From the NCBI GenBank assembly GCA_043807135.1, contig JAZDGF010000003.1:8516-72515 (forward strand): a stretch of 64,000 nucleotides of DNA, written 5' to 3'. This document shows positions 9,435-19,735 of the stretch, one piece after another. Made by a program: the position numbers and the translations under genes. The notes beneath the pieces were generated by a model, which worked only from the letters and a program-made list of their open reading frames with translations, did not search any database and was not told where the DNA came from. The DNA is from Candidatus Levyibacteriota bacterium (GTDB taxonomy: Bacteria; Patescibacteriota; Microgenomatia; Levybacterales; UBA12049). Numbering within the stretch: position 1 is the stretch's first letter; the number at the start of each line of letters is the position of its first letter.

Positions 9435-11009
9435 TTATTTTTCTTCGTAGTGTTTTAGCTTGAAAACTTTAACAACTGAAACATCCCAACTGCCTATTAT
9501 TTCTGCCCTTCCAAAACCGGCAATCTCCCATAAAGAATTTCCTAAAGGATAACACGGAAAACTTTCGCATACGATAAGCAATTGATCGGTGACAGTTTTT
9601 CTTTCAGGATCTTTTTGAGGATCTTGGATTGCAACAGACGGACTTCCCCAAATTGTAAAGAAATAACGGTATGCATGATCTGAATTCCCACCCGTCATAA
9701 GTGCAAAGTTAAAGGGTTTTCCTTCTGCTTTTTCATAAATAAATTCAGAAATTTTCCTAACTTGTTCAAGCTGCCTGTTTGGCTGATATCTAAAAGGAAT
9801 TCCTTGAATATTTATAAGAAAGAGTGCTGTTGTTAAAATTATTGCAAGAAATATTCCTTTTGGAATTCTTTTAGACAAAAAGGAAATTGTTAGAGCAGAA
9901 AGAATAAATGGAAGTGGAAACATAAAACCAAAGTAATAATCATAAATTGATTTTTTGTAAAATCCAAACAGCATAACACCAAAAAACAACCAGGTAAAGA
10001 AAAGTAGATATTTTGCAAAATCTTCTTTTTTACTAAATGACTGCCAAAATTTAAATAAAAGAATAGTTATGCTTAAGAACGCAAGAATGCTAATAGATAT
10101 TTCCCATGTAGAAATAAGTGATCTGTTAATACTAGATATCTGATCAGGCGAAGGAAAAGCAAAAACAAGACGAGCAAAAAGCCTAAATAATACCTCTTGT
10201 ATAGTGGCAAAAAAATTAATATTACCCCCTGTTTCTCCTGAGTGAAAAATAAAATTAAAAATACTTGTAATGTTTGGAAAGCCATGCCTAACTTCAAACG
10301 CTAAAAACGGAGACCACCCAATTAAAAACCCAATGAAAAGCAAAATAAATTGAGTAAAAGTTTTATAAACAGAACTTGATTTTTCTTTTATTAAAAAGGC
10401 GTTTGCAAAAAAAACATAAAAGAAAACAATAACTCCCAGAAAAATTGTTAGATAATGAAGCTGTATAGAAATGCCAAGCAAAAATCCGCAAAAAATAAAA
10501 AGTTTTTTTCTGTTACTTAAAACTGCTTTGTAAAGAAAGTATAATGTTAACAACGAAAAAAACGGCAAAGGATTTGGGTTCCAAGAAGAGCGCGAATAAG
10601 CAACAACTAGTGGAGAGCTTGCGTAAAGAAGAGAAGCGATCACTCCTGCTCTTTTTCCAAAAAATTCATTAGTAACCTTGTATACCAGAAAAACCGTAGC
10701 AATTCCAAACAAAGCAACCATTACTGAAGGACCAACCGGACTATAATTAAAAAGCAATGTGAAAATTGCCATAAAATAGTAATAGATAGGCCCTAGGAAA
10801 AAACCACCTACAGATGCTGTTGGACCAAGCAAAGTAAGTTTTCCATGCAAAATATTATAAATTACTAAAGCATCTCTTCCTTCATCTCCTAAAAACGTCA
10901 TATAGTCTGCAATTTTATAAAGCCTTAAAAATGCAGAAAGCATGAGAATTGAAATAATTGGCCAATTTTTTTTAATAAATGACTTCATATTTAAGAAATT
11001 AAATTTCAT
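9435..11009 (-). CDS. GT-C fold glycosyltransferase (ArnT/PMT_2, GT39/GT83-like)
   Basis: Polytopic membrane protein; FLGDEGRD acidic motif after TM1; GPIYYY; SRSSWNPN. Confidence 0.8.
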   Translation of the reverse strand: MKFNFLNMKSFIKKNWPIISILMLSAFLRLYKIADYMTFLGDEGRDALVIYNILHGKLTLLGPTASVGGFFLGPIYYYFMAIFTLLFNYSPVGPSVMVALFGIATVFLVYKVTNEFFGKRAGVIASLLYASSPLVVAYSRSSWNPNPLPFFSLLTLYFLYKAVLSNRKKLFIFCGFLLGISIQLHYLTIFLGVIVFFYVFFANAFLIKEKSSSVYKTFTQFILLFIGFLIGWSPFLAFEVRHGFPNITSIFNFIFHSGETGGNINFFATIQEVLFRLFARLVFAFPSPDQISSINRSLISTWEISISILAFLSITILLFKFWQSFSKKEDFAKYLLFFTWLFFGVMLFGFYKKSIYDYYFGFMFPLPFILSALTISFLSKRIPKGIFLAIILTTALFLINIQGIPFRYQPNRQLEQVRKISEFIYEKAEGKPFNFALMTGGNSDHAYRYFFTIWGSPSVAIQDPQKDPERKTVTDQLLIVCESFPCYPLGNSLWEIAGFGRAEIIGSWDVSVVKVFKLKHYEEK

Positions 11010-12139
11010 TTATGAGGTTTTTTTCTCCAGATGACAAACCTGTACATGGAAAAATTCCAAACTAAAAGAATTGCCGTTCCGACTAGAAAATACAGAAAAT
11101 AATATTTTCTTCCAAAAAAGATTTCACCAAGATAAATTGTTCCGGTTTGAAGAAAAATTACTCCTGTTGCAGAGGTAGCATAAAAACTCAAAAGTTTCCA
11201 TAAATACTTGCTTATCTCCGTAACTCTTTCTTTATTAAAAGTCCATAAATTATTTAAATTAAAATTTGAAAAAATTGCAACAACCGCACCAGCTAAATTT
11301 GAAATTGTCGGTGAAATATGCATTCCCTCCACCATAGTTTTTAAAATTACCGCTTGTAAAATAAATCCGATTCCTCCAACAACTAAAAATTTTCCAAATG
11401 ATCCGTAAATAATTTCATTAATTTTTGTACTAAAAATATATTTTAAAAGATCGACAATGTACTCACTTGCGACAATCTTTGATTTTCCTAAAGTCCTATC
11501 AGTAAATGCAATCGGAACTTCCGCAATTTTAAAACCGTCTCTAGCTGTTTTATGCAAAAAAGAAACCTGAAAAGTGTAACCTCTAAAAGCAGTTAATTCA
11601 TCTTTTTCCTTAAGAAAAACTTCTTTTCTAATTGCTCTAAATCCACCTGTCCAATCATGAATTGAAAATTTCATTAAAACACATCTTACGATTAAATTGC
11701 CTAAAACAGAAAAAGCTTTTCTGTGCAAACCCCAATTTGAAGGAATTGAACCTCCATCGCTATATCTTGTTCCGATTACAAAATCATAACCTTCATCAAT
11801 TTTTTTAAGAAAATCAGGAATTTTTTTTGGATTATGGGAAAGGTCTGCATCCATTTCAAACATGATTTCTGCTCCCATTTTTTCCACTGCGTAAGTCATA
11901 GCTCTTACGTATGCTGCTCCCAAACCATATTTTTCTCCTTGGATAAGATCTAAATTCTTGTATTTTTTCATTAATTTCTTAACATCTTCTGCGGTTTGAT
12001 CAGGAGAATTATCATCTGCAATTAAGATATTCATATCATGGTTTTTAATTTGGGGGAATATTTCTTCTTCTAGAATAGGAATTAGACGATCAATGTTGCC
12101 TTTTTCATTATATGTCGGGATAATTATTACTATTTTCAT
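11006..12139 (-). CDS. Polyprenol-phosphate glycosyltransferase (GT2, DPM1-like) fused to a GtrA domain
   Basis: IPTYNE, DDNSPDQT, MDADLSH and DWTGGFR motifs; C-terminal 4-TM GtrA (KFLVVG...NFNLNNLWTF). Confidence 0.88.
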   Translation of the reverse strand: MKIVIIIPTYNEKGNIDRLIPILEEEIFPQIKNHDMNILIADDNSPDQTAEDVKKLMKKYKNLDLIQGEKYGLGAAYVRAMTYAVEKMGAEIMFEMDADLSHNPKKIPDFLKKIDEGYDFVIGTRYSDGGSIPSNWGLHRKAFSVLGNLIVRCVLMKFSIHDWTGGFRAIRKEVFLKEKDELTAFRGYTFQVSFLHKTARDGFKIAEVPIAFTDRTLGKSKIVASEYIVDLLKYIFSTKINEIIYGSFGKFLVVGGIGFILQAVILKTMVEGMHISPTISNLAGAVVAIFSNFNLNNLWTFNKERVTEISKYLWKLLSFYATSATGVIFLQTGTIYLGEIFFGRKYYFLYFLVGTAILLVWNFSMYRFVIWRKKPHK

Positions 12140-13086
12140 AAGCTCTTAAAATATTGTATTGTTTTTTCCAGTCCTTTTTCAACACTGACTTTTGGTTTCC
12201 AACCTAAAATGTTTTCTGCCTTAACTATGTCAGGATTTCTTCTCATCGGATCATCTTCCGGAAGCTTTTCAAACGTGATTTCTGATTTAGAATTTGTCAT
12301 TTTTTTAATTAGTTTTGCTAAATCAAGAATAGTCCGTTCATCAGGATTTCCGATATTTATTACTTCTCCTTCTGACGCATTAGAAAACATCGCTTTTATT
12401 AAACCTTCAACCATATCGTCAACATAACAAAAACTTCTAGTCTGATTACCTTTTCCATAAACCGTAATAGGACTGTTAGAAATTGCTTGGTTAATAAAAT
12501 TGGAAACCACTCTTCCGTCGTCTATCTGCATTTTTGGACCATAAGTATTAAAAATTCTAATAATTACCGTTTTTACATTGTGTTTTCTAAAAAATACCAT
12601 GGTCATTGCCTCTCCAAATCTTTTTCCTTCGTCATAAACAGATCTTACTCCGTTTGGACTTACATTTCCGAAATAACTTTCAGGTTGAGGAGAAATTGTA
12701 GGATTACCGTAAACTTCAGAAGACGAGGTATATAGAAATTTTGCAGAATTTTTTTTAGCAAGCTCGAGTAAATTTTTTGTCCCTAAAGAGTTTGCCATAA
12801 GAGTTTCTATTGGATAATTAATAAAACTCTTGGGACTTTTTTTATTAGGGGAAGCAGGTGATGCAAGGTGGAAAACAAAATCTACTCTTTGATCAACTTC
12901 AAAAGATTTTGTAACATCATGTTCAATCAGCTTAAAGTTTTGATTATTTAAAAGAAGCTCGATGTTTTTTTTGTTTCCGGTTATAAAATTATCAACACAT
13001 AAAACTGTATAGTTTTTGTCAATAAGTTGTTGAGATAAATGTGAGCCAATAAATCCTGCTCCTCCGGCAATTAAAACGGTCTGCAT
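12136..13086 (-). CDS. UDP-glucuronate decarboxylase (UDP-xylose synthase)-like SDR
   Basis: GGAGFIGSHL, HLASPASP, SSSEVYG, YDEGKR, RIFNTYGP and DDPMRRNPD motifs. Confidence 0.85.
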   Translation of the reverse strand: MQTVLIAGGAGFIGSHLSQQLIDKNYTVLCVDNFITGNKKNIELLLNNQNFKLIEHDVTKSFEVDQRVDFVFHLASPASPNKKSPKSFINYPIETLMANSLGTKNLLELAKKNSAKFLYTSSSEVYGNPTISPQPESYFGNVSPNGVRSVYDEGKRFGEAMTMVFFRKHNVKTVIIRIFNTYGPKMQIDDGRVVSNFINQAISNSPITVYGKGNQTRSFCYVDDMVEGLIKAMFSNASEGEVINIGNPDERTILDLAKLIKKMTNSKSEITFEKLPEDDPMRRNPDIVKAENILGWKPKVSVEKGLEKTIQYFKSL

Positions 13087-13089
13087 AAA

Positions 13090-14058
13090 TTATCTATTTT
13101 TTTCAAGCTCGAGGTCAGCCTTAACCATCATTTTCACTAATTCTTTAAAGCTTGTCTTCGGTTCCCATCCTAATTCTTTTTTTGCCTTGCCATAATCTCC
13201 TATTAAATAATCTACTTCCGCAGGCCTCATATGATGAGGGCTATCTGAAATAACGTGTTTTTCCCAATCTTTTATTCCTACTATTTCAAAAGCTGCTTCA
13301 ACAAACTCTTTGACAGAATGGTTTTCTCCTGTTGCAATTACAAAATCTTCAGGCTTTTTATGGTTAAGCATCAGCCACATTGCTTCAACATAATCTCCTG
13401 CAAAACCCCAATCTCTTTTTGGCACAAGATTTCCAAGCTCTAGCTTACTTTGTTTTCCCAAATAAATTCTTGCAACCGCATGGCTTATTTTCCTGGTAAC
13501 AAACTCAAGACCTCTTCTTGGAGATTCATGATTAAAAAGGATTCCTGAACAGGCAAAGATATCATAGCTTTCCCTGTAATTTAAAGTTATATAATGACCG
13601 TATACTTTTGCAACTCCATAAGGACTTCTGGGATGAAATTTGGTTTTTTCTTTTTGTGGAGTTTCGGTTACTTTTCCAAACATTTCAGAAGAAGATGCCT
13701 GATAAAACTTTATTTTAGGATTTACTGCTTTTATTGCTTCAAGCATTCTTGTAACCCCAAGCGCTGTAAACTCTCCTGTTAAAACAGGCTGATTCCAAGA
13801 AGTTTTTACAAAAGATTGAGCGGCAAGATTGTAAACCTCATCCGGTTCTGATTTTAAGATTGCTTCCGAAAGAGAACTTTGATCCAAAAGATCTCCTTGA
13901 AGTAATTCTATTTGCTCTTGAATATGGGCAATTCTCTCATTATTTACCGTACTAGTTCTTCTAGTTAGTCCATATATTTTATAGCCTTTTTTAAGTAAAA
14001 ATTCGGCAAGATACGATCCGTCTTGCCCTGTAATACCAGTAATTAATGCTCTTTTCAT
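13090..14058 (-). CDS. gmd: GDP-mannose 4,6-dehydratase
   Basis: [25 protein letters not shown] and NHESPRRG motifs. Confidence 0.95.
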   Translation of the reverse strand: MKRALITGITGQDGSYLAEFLLKKGYKIYGLTRRTSTVNNERIAHIQEQIELLQGDLLDQSSLSEAILKSEPDEVYNLAAQSFVKTSWNQPVLTGEFTALGVTRMLEAIKAVNPKIKFYQASSSEMFGKVTETPQKEKTKFHPRSPYGVAKVYGHYITLNYRESYDIFACSGILFNHESPRRGLEFVTRKISHAVARIYLGKQSKLELGNLVPKRDWGFAGDYVEAMWLMLNHKKPEDFVIATGENHSVKEFVEAAFEIVGIKDWEKHVISDSPHHMRPAEVDYLIGDYGKAKKELGWEPKTSFKELVKMMVKADLELEKNR

Positions 14059-14068
14059 TAGTATTATT

Positions 14069-15028
14069 CTAAATTATATTCCTCCAATAGTCCAGAGTAT
14101 CCTTCAGAGTTTTCTCAACAGGAATTTCCGGTTTCCAACCAGTAAGTTTTTTTAATTTTGTTGAGTTACAAACAAGCTCTGGTATATCTGCAGGCCTAAG
14201 TAGCTTTTTATCAACCTCAACTTTAATTTTTGATGAAGAAAGAGACAGTAAAATTTCTAAGATTTTAGAAATTTTATACGATACTCCTGAACCAATGTTA
14301 TAAACTTCCCCAGGAATTCCTTTTTCAATTAAAAGGATATATGCTCTTACGACATCTCTTACGTCTGTAAAATCTCTTTTTGCTTCCAAGTTTCCAACAT
14401 TTACAATTGACTCTCTTTTTCCCTTTTCAATTTCTGCAATTTTTTTGGCAAAGTCAGGAACTACAAAGCCTTCTGATTGTCTTGGCCCAATATGATTAAA
14501 AGGTCTTACTCTTATTATTGGAATTTTGTAGGATAAATAATATTGTAGTCCTAAAAAATCTTGAGCAATTTTAGATACTGAATAAGGACTTGTTGGCTTA
14601 AGAGGAGCATCTTCGCTTATTGGTAAGTCTTTTTTTTCAACGAGTCCATAAATCTCTGCTGATGAAACTATTAAAATTTTAGTGTTAAATAGTTTTTTTT
14701 CTCTTATACTCTCAAGTATATTTAACTCAGATGAGACATTATTTACAATTGTCTCTAAAGGATTTTTAAAACTCTGCGCAGGAGAGGTAGAAGCAGCAAG
14801 GTGAAAAATAATGTCAGGCTTTATATCCTTTATTAAAGCTTGCGTATCTTTTTTAGAATTTAAATCTAGTTTTTTAAATGAAACCTCATTTTTTAAACTG
14901 CTTAATCTTTTAAGACTCCCGTCTGTAAGATATGTTCCAAAAATTTGATATTTTTTAAAAGAAGCAAGATATTTAAGTAGATAAGATCCTACAAATCCTG
15001 TTGAACCTGTTACAATGATTTTTTTCAT
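14069..15028 (-). CDS. rmd: GDP-4-dehydro-6-deoxy-D-mannose reductase-like SDR
   Basis: [24 protein letters not shown] and [20 protein letters not shown] motifs; adjacent to gmd. Confidence 0.7.
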   Translation of the reverse strand: MKKIIVTGSTGFVGSYLLKYLASFKKYQIFGTYLTDGSLKRLSSLKNEVSFKKLDLNSKKDTQALIKDIKPDIIFHLAASTSPAQSFKNPLETIVNNVSSELNILESIREKKLFNTKILIVSSAEIYGLVEKKDLPISEDAPLKPTSPYSVSKIAQDFLGLQYYLSYKIPIIRVRPFNHIGPRQSEGFVVPDFAKKIAEIEKGKRESIVNVGNLEAKRDFTDVRDVVRAYILLIEKGIPGEVYNIGSGVSYKISKILEILLSLSSSKIKVEVDKKLLRPADIPELVCNSTKLKKLTGWKPEIPVEKTLKDTLDYWRNII

Positions 15029-16314
15029 CTGCCAACCCCTACATATGCAAAACCTAATGCTTTTAATTTATCAGGGTCGTAGATATTTCTTCCATCAATA
15101 ATTGTTGGAGTTTTCATAACACTTTTTAGCTTTTTAAAATCAACTTCTTTAAACTCATTCCATTCTGTAATTATAATTAAAGCTTCTGTGTTCACTGCAG
15201 TATCATAGATATCTGTTGCATATTCAATATCTTTAATTATCTTTTTTGCATTTTCCATTGCTTGAGGATCATAAGCTTTAATTTTAGCACCGTCCTTTTT
15301 CATTAACTCGATAATATCTATTGCAGGCGCATCTCTCATGTCATCTGTATTTGGCTTAAAGGAAAGACCAAGTACTCCAATTTTTTTACCCCTTAAATCA
15401 CCTACTGTTTTTCTTACTTTTCTAACAATATCTCTTTTTGCTTGTTCATTTACCCTTTCTACATTTTCAAGTAGGGAAAATGAATAATCGTAATCTTTTG
15501 CAATTGCAATAAGTGCTTTTACGTCTTTTGGAAAACAGCTACCGCCGTAACCCGGTCCCGGAGAAAGAAATTCCTTGCCAATTCTTTTATCAATACCAAT
15601 TCCTTCTAAGACTTTTAATCCGTCAGCTCCTAATAATTCTGAAAGTTTTGCGATTGCATTTGCAAAGGAAATTTTTGTTGCAAGGAAAGAATTAGAGGTA
15701 TATTTAATAAGTTCAGACGTTTCTAAGTTTGTTAATACAAACTTGCCATCAACTGGTCTATGAAGTTCCATAAGTTCTTTTTCTGCTTTTTTATTTTCAG
15801 ATCCAATTACAATTCTATCAGGGCTTAAAGTGTCTGAAATGGCAGTTCCTTCTCTTAGAAATTCAGGACATGAAGCAATATCGAATTCTACTCCATCTTT
15901 TTTAGATGCTTTAATAAGCTCATAGATTTTTTTACAAGTTCCAGGAGGAACTGTACTTTTTATAGCAACTACTGTATATCCACTTAGATGTTTTGCGATT
16001 TTTTCTGAAACATCAAATACTGAAGAAAGCTGGGCATCACCTGTTTTATGCGGAGGCGTTCCAACAGCGATAAATACAATATCTGATTCAGGAATTGCCT
16101 GATTATAATCAAGCGTAAATAAAAGTCTTTTTGCATCTAGATTTTTTTTAACAAGTTCCACAAGGCCCGGTTCATAAAACGGCGTTATGCCTTTTTTCAA
16201 GTCTTCTATTTTTTTTGCAGTATGTCCAATTACCCAAACTTTATTGCCTAAATCAGCAAAAACCGCAGCAGTAACCAAACCAACATATCCATGTCCAATA
16301 AATGTAATTGTCAT
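15025..16314 (-). CDS. ugd: UDP-glucose 6-dehydrogenase
   Basis: GHGYVG, KSTVPPGT, PEFLREG, GYGGSCFPKD and FKPNTDDMRDAP motifs. Confidence 0.92.
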   Translation of the reverse strand: MTITFIGHGYVGLVTAAVFADLGNKVWVIGHTAKKIEDLKKGITPFYEPGLVELVKKNLDAKRLLFTLDYNQAIPESDIVFIAVGTPPHKTGDAQLSSVFDVSEKIAKHLSGYTVVAIKSTVPPGTCKKIYELIKASKKDGVEFDIASCPEFLREGTAISDTLSPDRIVIGSENKKAEKELMELHRPVDGKFVLTNLETSELIKYTSNSFLATKISFANAIAKLSELLGADGLKVLEGIGIDKRIGKEFLSPGPGYGGSCFPKDVKALIAIAKDYDYSFSLLENVERVNEQAKRDIVRKVRKTVGDLRGKKIGVLGLSFKPNTDDMRDAPAIDIIELMKKDGAKIKAYDPQAMENAKKIIKDIEYATDIYDTAVNTEALIIITEWNEFKEVDFKKLKSVMKTPTIIDGRNIYDPDKLKALGFAYVGVGR

Positions 16315-17180
16315 ATTTGTTTCTTTATTATACCCAAAGCTTCTGTAAAAGAGTGCATTTTAACACCCAGCTTTACTATTTTATCATTATTTAGCGATAA
16401 ATTGTATGCCCTAGGTGCACGATTCTTAAAAAACTCTTCTCTTGAAAGCTTGCTAATAAGATCTTTATTAAGTCCAAAAACTTCTGCAACTTTTATTGCA
16501 GTCGTATATGGACTTACTGCTTCAGATCCTGTTGCATGAAACTTACCAATTGCTTTCCTTTCTATTAAGTTTTTTAAAACTAAGGATAAATCATCAATAA
16601 ATGTTGGAGTAAAATAATGATCTGGAACAGCTTTAATTTGCTGTCCTTTTTCTAAAAGATACTTAAAAACACGCACATATTCTTTTTTTTCATGATTTGC
16701 TCTAAAAGGATAAGCAATACGAATTATCATCCAGGGAACAGAAGCTTTTTCAACCAGCTTTTCTCCTTCAAATTTTGTTGTCGCATACCAACCAACAGGA
16801 CCTCTTTCATCATTTTCTTTATATTTTTCCGGAAACTCTTTTGTTCCAGGAAAAACCATATCTGTAGATATATATATTATTTTTTTATTTAATTTTTCAC
16901 ATGCTTCTAAAACATTTTTTGTACCATCTACATTAACTTTCCAAGCCAAACTCCTCTCTTTTTTAGCTTTATCCTCCTCTGCTTTATCAACGTCTGTATA
17001 TGCTACCAGGTGTAAAACGATTGAAGCATTTGATTTATTAAGTCTTTCAAAAACAGCCCTAGAATCTAGGATGTCTGTTCCTGTTTTTCTGCTTATGTCT
17101 TCAAATTGATACTTACTTGAAAGAAGTTCAACAATGCGGGATCCAACAAGCCCTGAAAGTCCTGTGCCAATAATTTTCAT
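16311..17180 (-). CDS. rfbD: dTDP-4-dehydrorhamnose reductase-like SDR
   Basis: GLSGLVG, AYTDVDKAE, YISTD and YATTK motifs. Confidence 0.8.
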   Translation of the reverse strand: MKIIGTGLSGLVGSRIVELLSSKYQFEDISRKTGTDILDSRAVFERLNKSNASIVLHLVAYTDVDKAEEDKAKKERSLAWKVNVDGTKNVLEACEKLNKKIIYISTDMVFPGTKEFPEKYKENDERGPVGWYATTKFEGEKLVEKASVPWMIIRIAYPFRANHEKKEYVRVFKYLLEKGQQIKAVPDHYFTPTFIDDLSLVLKNLIERKAIGKFHATGSEAVSPYTTAIKVAEVFGLNKDLISKLSREEFFKNRAPRAYNLSLNNDKIVKLGVKMHSFTEALGIIKKQI

Positions 17181-18190
17181 CTTTGTTCGTACTGTTTTTT
17201 GTAGTAATTTTGATATTCACCACTTTTTACTTCCTGCCACCATGCTCTATTGTCTTTGTACCATTTAATCGTTTTTTCAAGCCATTCATCAAAGCTATAC
17301 ATCGGCTTCCATCCTAATTCATTTTTAATTTTTGTCCAATCCACAGCATATCTTCTATCATGCCCTAATCTGTCTTTTACAAACTCCAATTCATTTTCTT
17401 TTTTACCAAGTATTTTTAATATCTTTTTTGCTACAGTTAAATTATCAATGTCTTCAGAAAGACCACCTATGCAATATGTTTCTCCGTTTTTCCCTTTTTT
17501 TAAAATTAAATCAATTGCTCTACAATGATCTTCAACAAAAAGCCAATCCCTAACATAAAGTCCATCTCCGTATATCGGCACTTTTTTATTTTCCAAAAGA
17601 TTAGTTATTGCAAGCGGAATAAGTTTTTCAGGAAATTGATATGTACCAAAATTATTAGAACAATTTGAGATTGTAATCGGTAGATCATAAGTATGATAAT
17701 ACGCTTTAACTAAATGATCAGAACCGGCTTTACTAGCTGAATAAGGACTTCTGGGGCTGTATGGTGTTCGTTCATTAAATTTACTCTTATCATCTAACTC
17801 AAGCTGTCCATAGACTTCGTCTGTAGAAATATGATGAAATTTTTTAATATTATTTCTTAATGCCGCATCTAATAAGATTTGCGTCCCAACAATATTTGTA
17901 AGAATAAATTTTGATGGTTCCTCGATTGATCTATCAACGTGACTTTCAGCTGCAAAGTGAATAACCGTATCTATTTCTTCCATAGCTGAATTTACGGCTC
18001 TAATATCACAAATATCTCCATGAATAAATTTATAGTTTGAGTTATTTTCAACTTCCTTTAAATTTTCTAAATTACCTGCATATGTAAGCTTATCAAAATT
18101 TACAATATAATCCTCTGGATACTTTTTCATCCAATAAAGAATAAAATTAGATCCTATAAAACCTGCTCCTCCTGTTACTAATATTTTCAT
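17177..18190 (-). CDS. rfbB: dTDP-glucose 4,6-dehydratase
   Basis: TGGAGFIGSNF, AAESHVDRSI, STDEVYG and SPYSASKA motifs. Confidence 0.95.
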   Translation of the reverse strand: MKILVTGGAGFIGSNFILYWMKKYPEDYIVNFDKLTYAGNLENLKEVENNSNYKFIHGDICDIRAVNSAMEEIDTVIHFAAESHVDRSIEEPSKFILTNIVGTQILLDAALRNNIKKFHHISTDEVYGQLELDDKSKFNERTPYSPRSPYSASKAGSDHLVKAYYHTYDLPITISNCSNNFGTYQFPEKLIPLAITNLLENKKVPIYGDGLYVRDWLFVEDHCRAIDLILKKGKNGETYCIGGLSEDIDNLTVAKKILKILGKKENELEFVKDRLGHDRRYAVDWTKIKNELGWKPMYSFDEWLEKTIKWYKDNRAWWQEVKSGEYQNYYKKQYEQR

Positions 18191-18729
18191 AATCTTTTTT
18201 GCTTTCTTAATCTATCCAAAGTATAAATCCCAATTATAGTTGCCGCTGTTTTTATTTCACCATTTAAAATTTTTTCCAAAGCTTCATCTATTGTAACCTT
18301 TTTTAATTCAATATTTTCCATATCTTCAGGCCTAGGTTTGTCAAAATCAAGTTCCCTTGCCAGAAAAATGTTTATTGTTGATTTAATTACGCTTGCAGAT
18401 CCCTCAACTCTTGCAATCTCTTCCCACTGTCTTGCAGAAATTCCAGTTTCCTCCAAAAGCTCTCTTTTTGCAGCTTCTAAAGGAGTTTCCTCACCATCAA
18501 CATGTCCTGCAATTGCTTCAATTATTCTTTTGTCAAAAAGTGCCCTGTACTGAGAGATAATATAAATCTCTTTTTTAGATGTTATCGGAAAAATTACGGA
18601 GACAGGTTTTCTCTCAACAATACTTAGTTTTTTTTTGCTTTTATTAGGAAGTTCTATTTCCTGTTCTTTAACTTTAAAATATTTACTTTTATAAACTACG
18701 TCTTCTGAAATAATGTTTATTCCCGTCAT
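18187..18729 (-). CDS. NUDIX hydrolase (ADP-ribose/NDP-sugar pyrophosphatase-like)
   Basis: Nudix box AGHVDGEETPLEAAKRELLEETG; QYR motif. Confidence 0.88.
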   Translation of the reverse strand: MTGINIISEDVVYKSKYFKVKEQEIELPNKSKKKLSIVERKPVSVIFPITSKKEIYIISQYRALFDKRIIEAIAGHVDGEETPLEAAKRELLEETGISARQWEEIARVEGSASVIKSTINIFLARELDFDKPRPEDMENIELKKVTIDEALEKILNGEIKTAATIIGIYTLDRLRKQKRL

Positions 18730-19466
18730 TACAATTCTCCATTTTCTACCTTCTCCGCAACCAATTTATTTGCGTTTAACAATTCGTCATAAGATGTTCC
18801 TGCGTCAATCCACCAATCAATTATCTGACACTCAAGTGTTTCCTCTTTAAGATAACAATTATTTAAGTCTGTTACCTCAAGTTGTCCCCTATCGGACGGC
18901 TTAAGCTTTTTAATAAAATCAAAAACCCTATCATCGTACATATATATTCCAGTTTGAGCAATTGTTGATTTTGGGATTTCCGGTTTTTCTTCAATTGAAA
19001 CTACTTTCCCATCCTTTCTTATCTCAACAACTCCATACTGCTTTGATTCAGTATCTTTTTCTACTCCAAAGACTATCGCACCTTTTTCTTTCTTTTCAAA
19101 CTTCTCAACTGTTGTTTTTAAATCAACATTAAAAATGTTATCGCCTAAAATAACTAGTGTTTTTTCTCCTTTTGCAAATTCCTTGGCAAGAGCTATTCCG
19201 TCTGCAATTCCACCCGTAGCATTTTTCTGAATTGCGTAATATAGCCTTAAATCAAATTCTTCTCCTGCTCCTAAAAGACTTGCAAAATGTCCCGCATGGT
19301 TCGGGGACGTTATAAGCAAAACTTCTTTAATTCCTGCTTTTCTCATTGCTTCAAGCGGATAATAAATCATTGGCTTATTGTAGATTGGAAGTAAATGTTT
19401 ATTAGTGACTAAAGTTAATGGTCTTAATCTAGTTGCAAGACCTCCTGCTAAAATTACACCTTTCAT
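18729..19466 (-). CDS. rfbA: Glucose-1-phosphate thymidylyltransferase (short form)
   Basis: GVILAGGLATRLRPLT, NKHLLPIYNKPMIYY, LGDNIF and RGQLEVTD motifs. Confidence 0.85.
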   Translation of the reverse strand: MKGVILAGGLATRLRPLTLVTNKHLLPIYNKPMIYYPLEAMRKAGIKEVLLITSPNHAGHFASLLGAGEEFDLRLYYAIQKNATGGIADGIALAKEFAKGEKTLVILGDNIFNVDLKTTVEKFEKKEKGAIVFGVEKDTESKQYGVVEIRKDGKVVSIEEKPEIPKSTIAQTGIYMYDDRVFDFIKKLKPSDRGQLEVTDLNNCYLKEETLECQIIDWWIDAGTSYDELLNANKLVAEKVENGEL

Positions 19467-19735
19467 AATCCAAATCCTCCTTTAAACAAAAATAATATTA
19501 TGCTCATGCCAAGAGCCCCAACAAGTGTATATTCTATCACAATCTTTGATGTTAAGTCATGATTTAACAAATGATGTACAATTCCCCAAAAAACATAAAA
19601 TATTGCAATTATTATAAAAATAGACATTTGAAGTTGTCTATCAGGAGAGACCAGCATAATTAAATAAAAAGCAAAAGTTAAAATTGCAATTAGTGAAATA
19701 TAGTATCCGATATGTTTTCTAAGCTTAACAAACAT
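19463..19735 (-). CDS. Small 3-TM hypothetical membrane protein
   Basis: Three hydrophobic segments; WGIVHH motif; translationally coupled to both neighbours. Confidence 0.7.
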   Translation of the reverse strand: MFVKLRKHIGYYISLIAILTFAFYLIMLVSPDRQLQMSIFIIIAIFYVFWGIVHHLLNHDLTSKIVIEYTLVGALGMSIILFLFKGGFGL

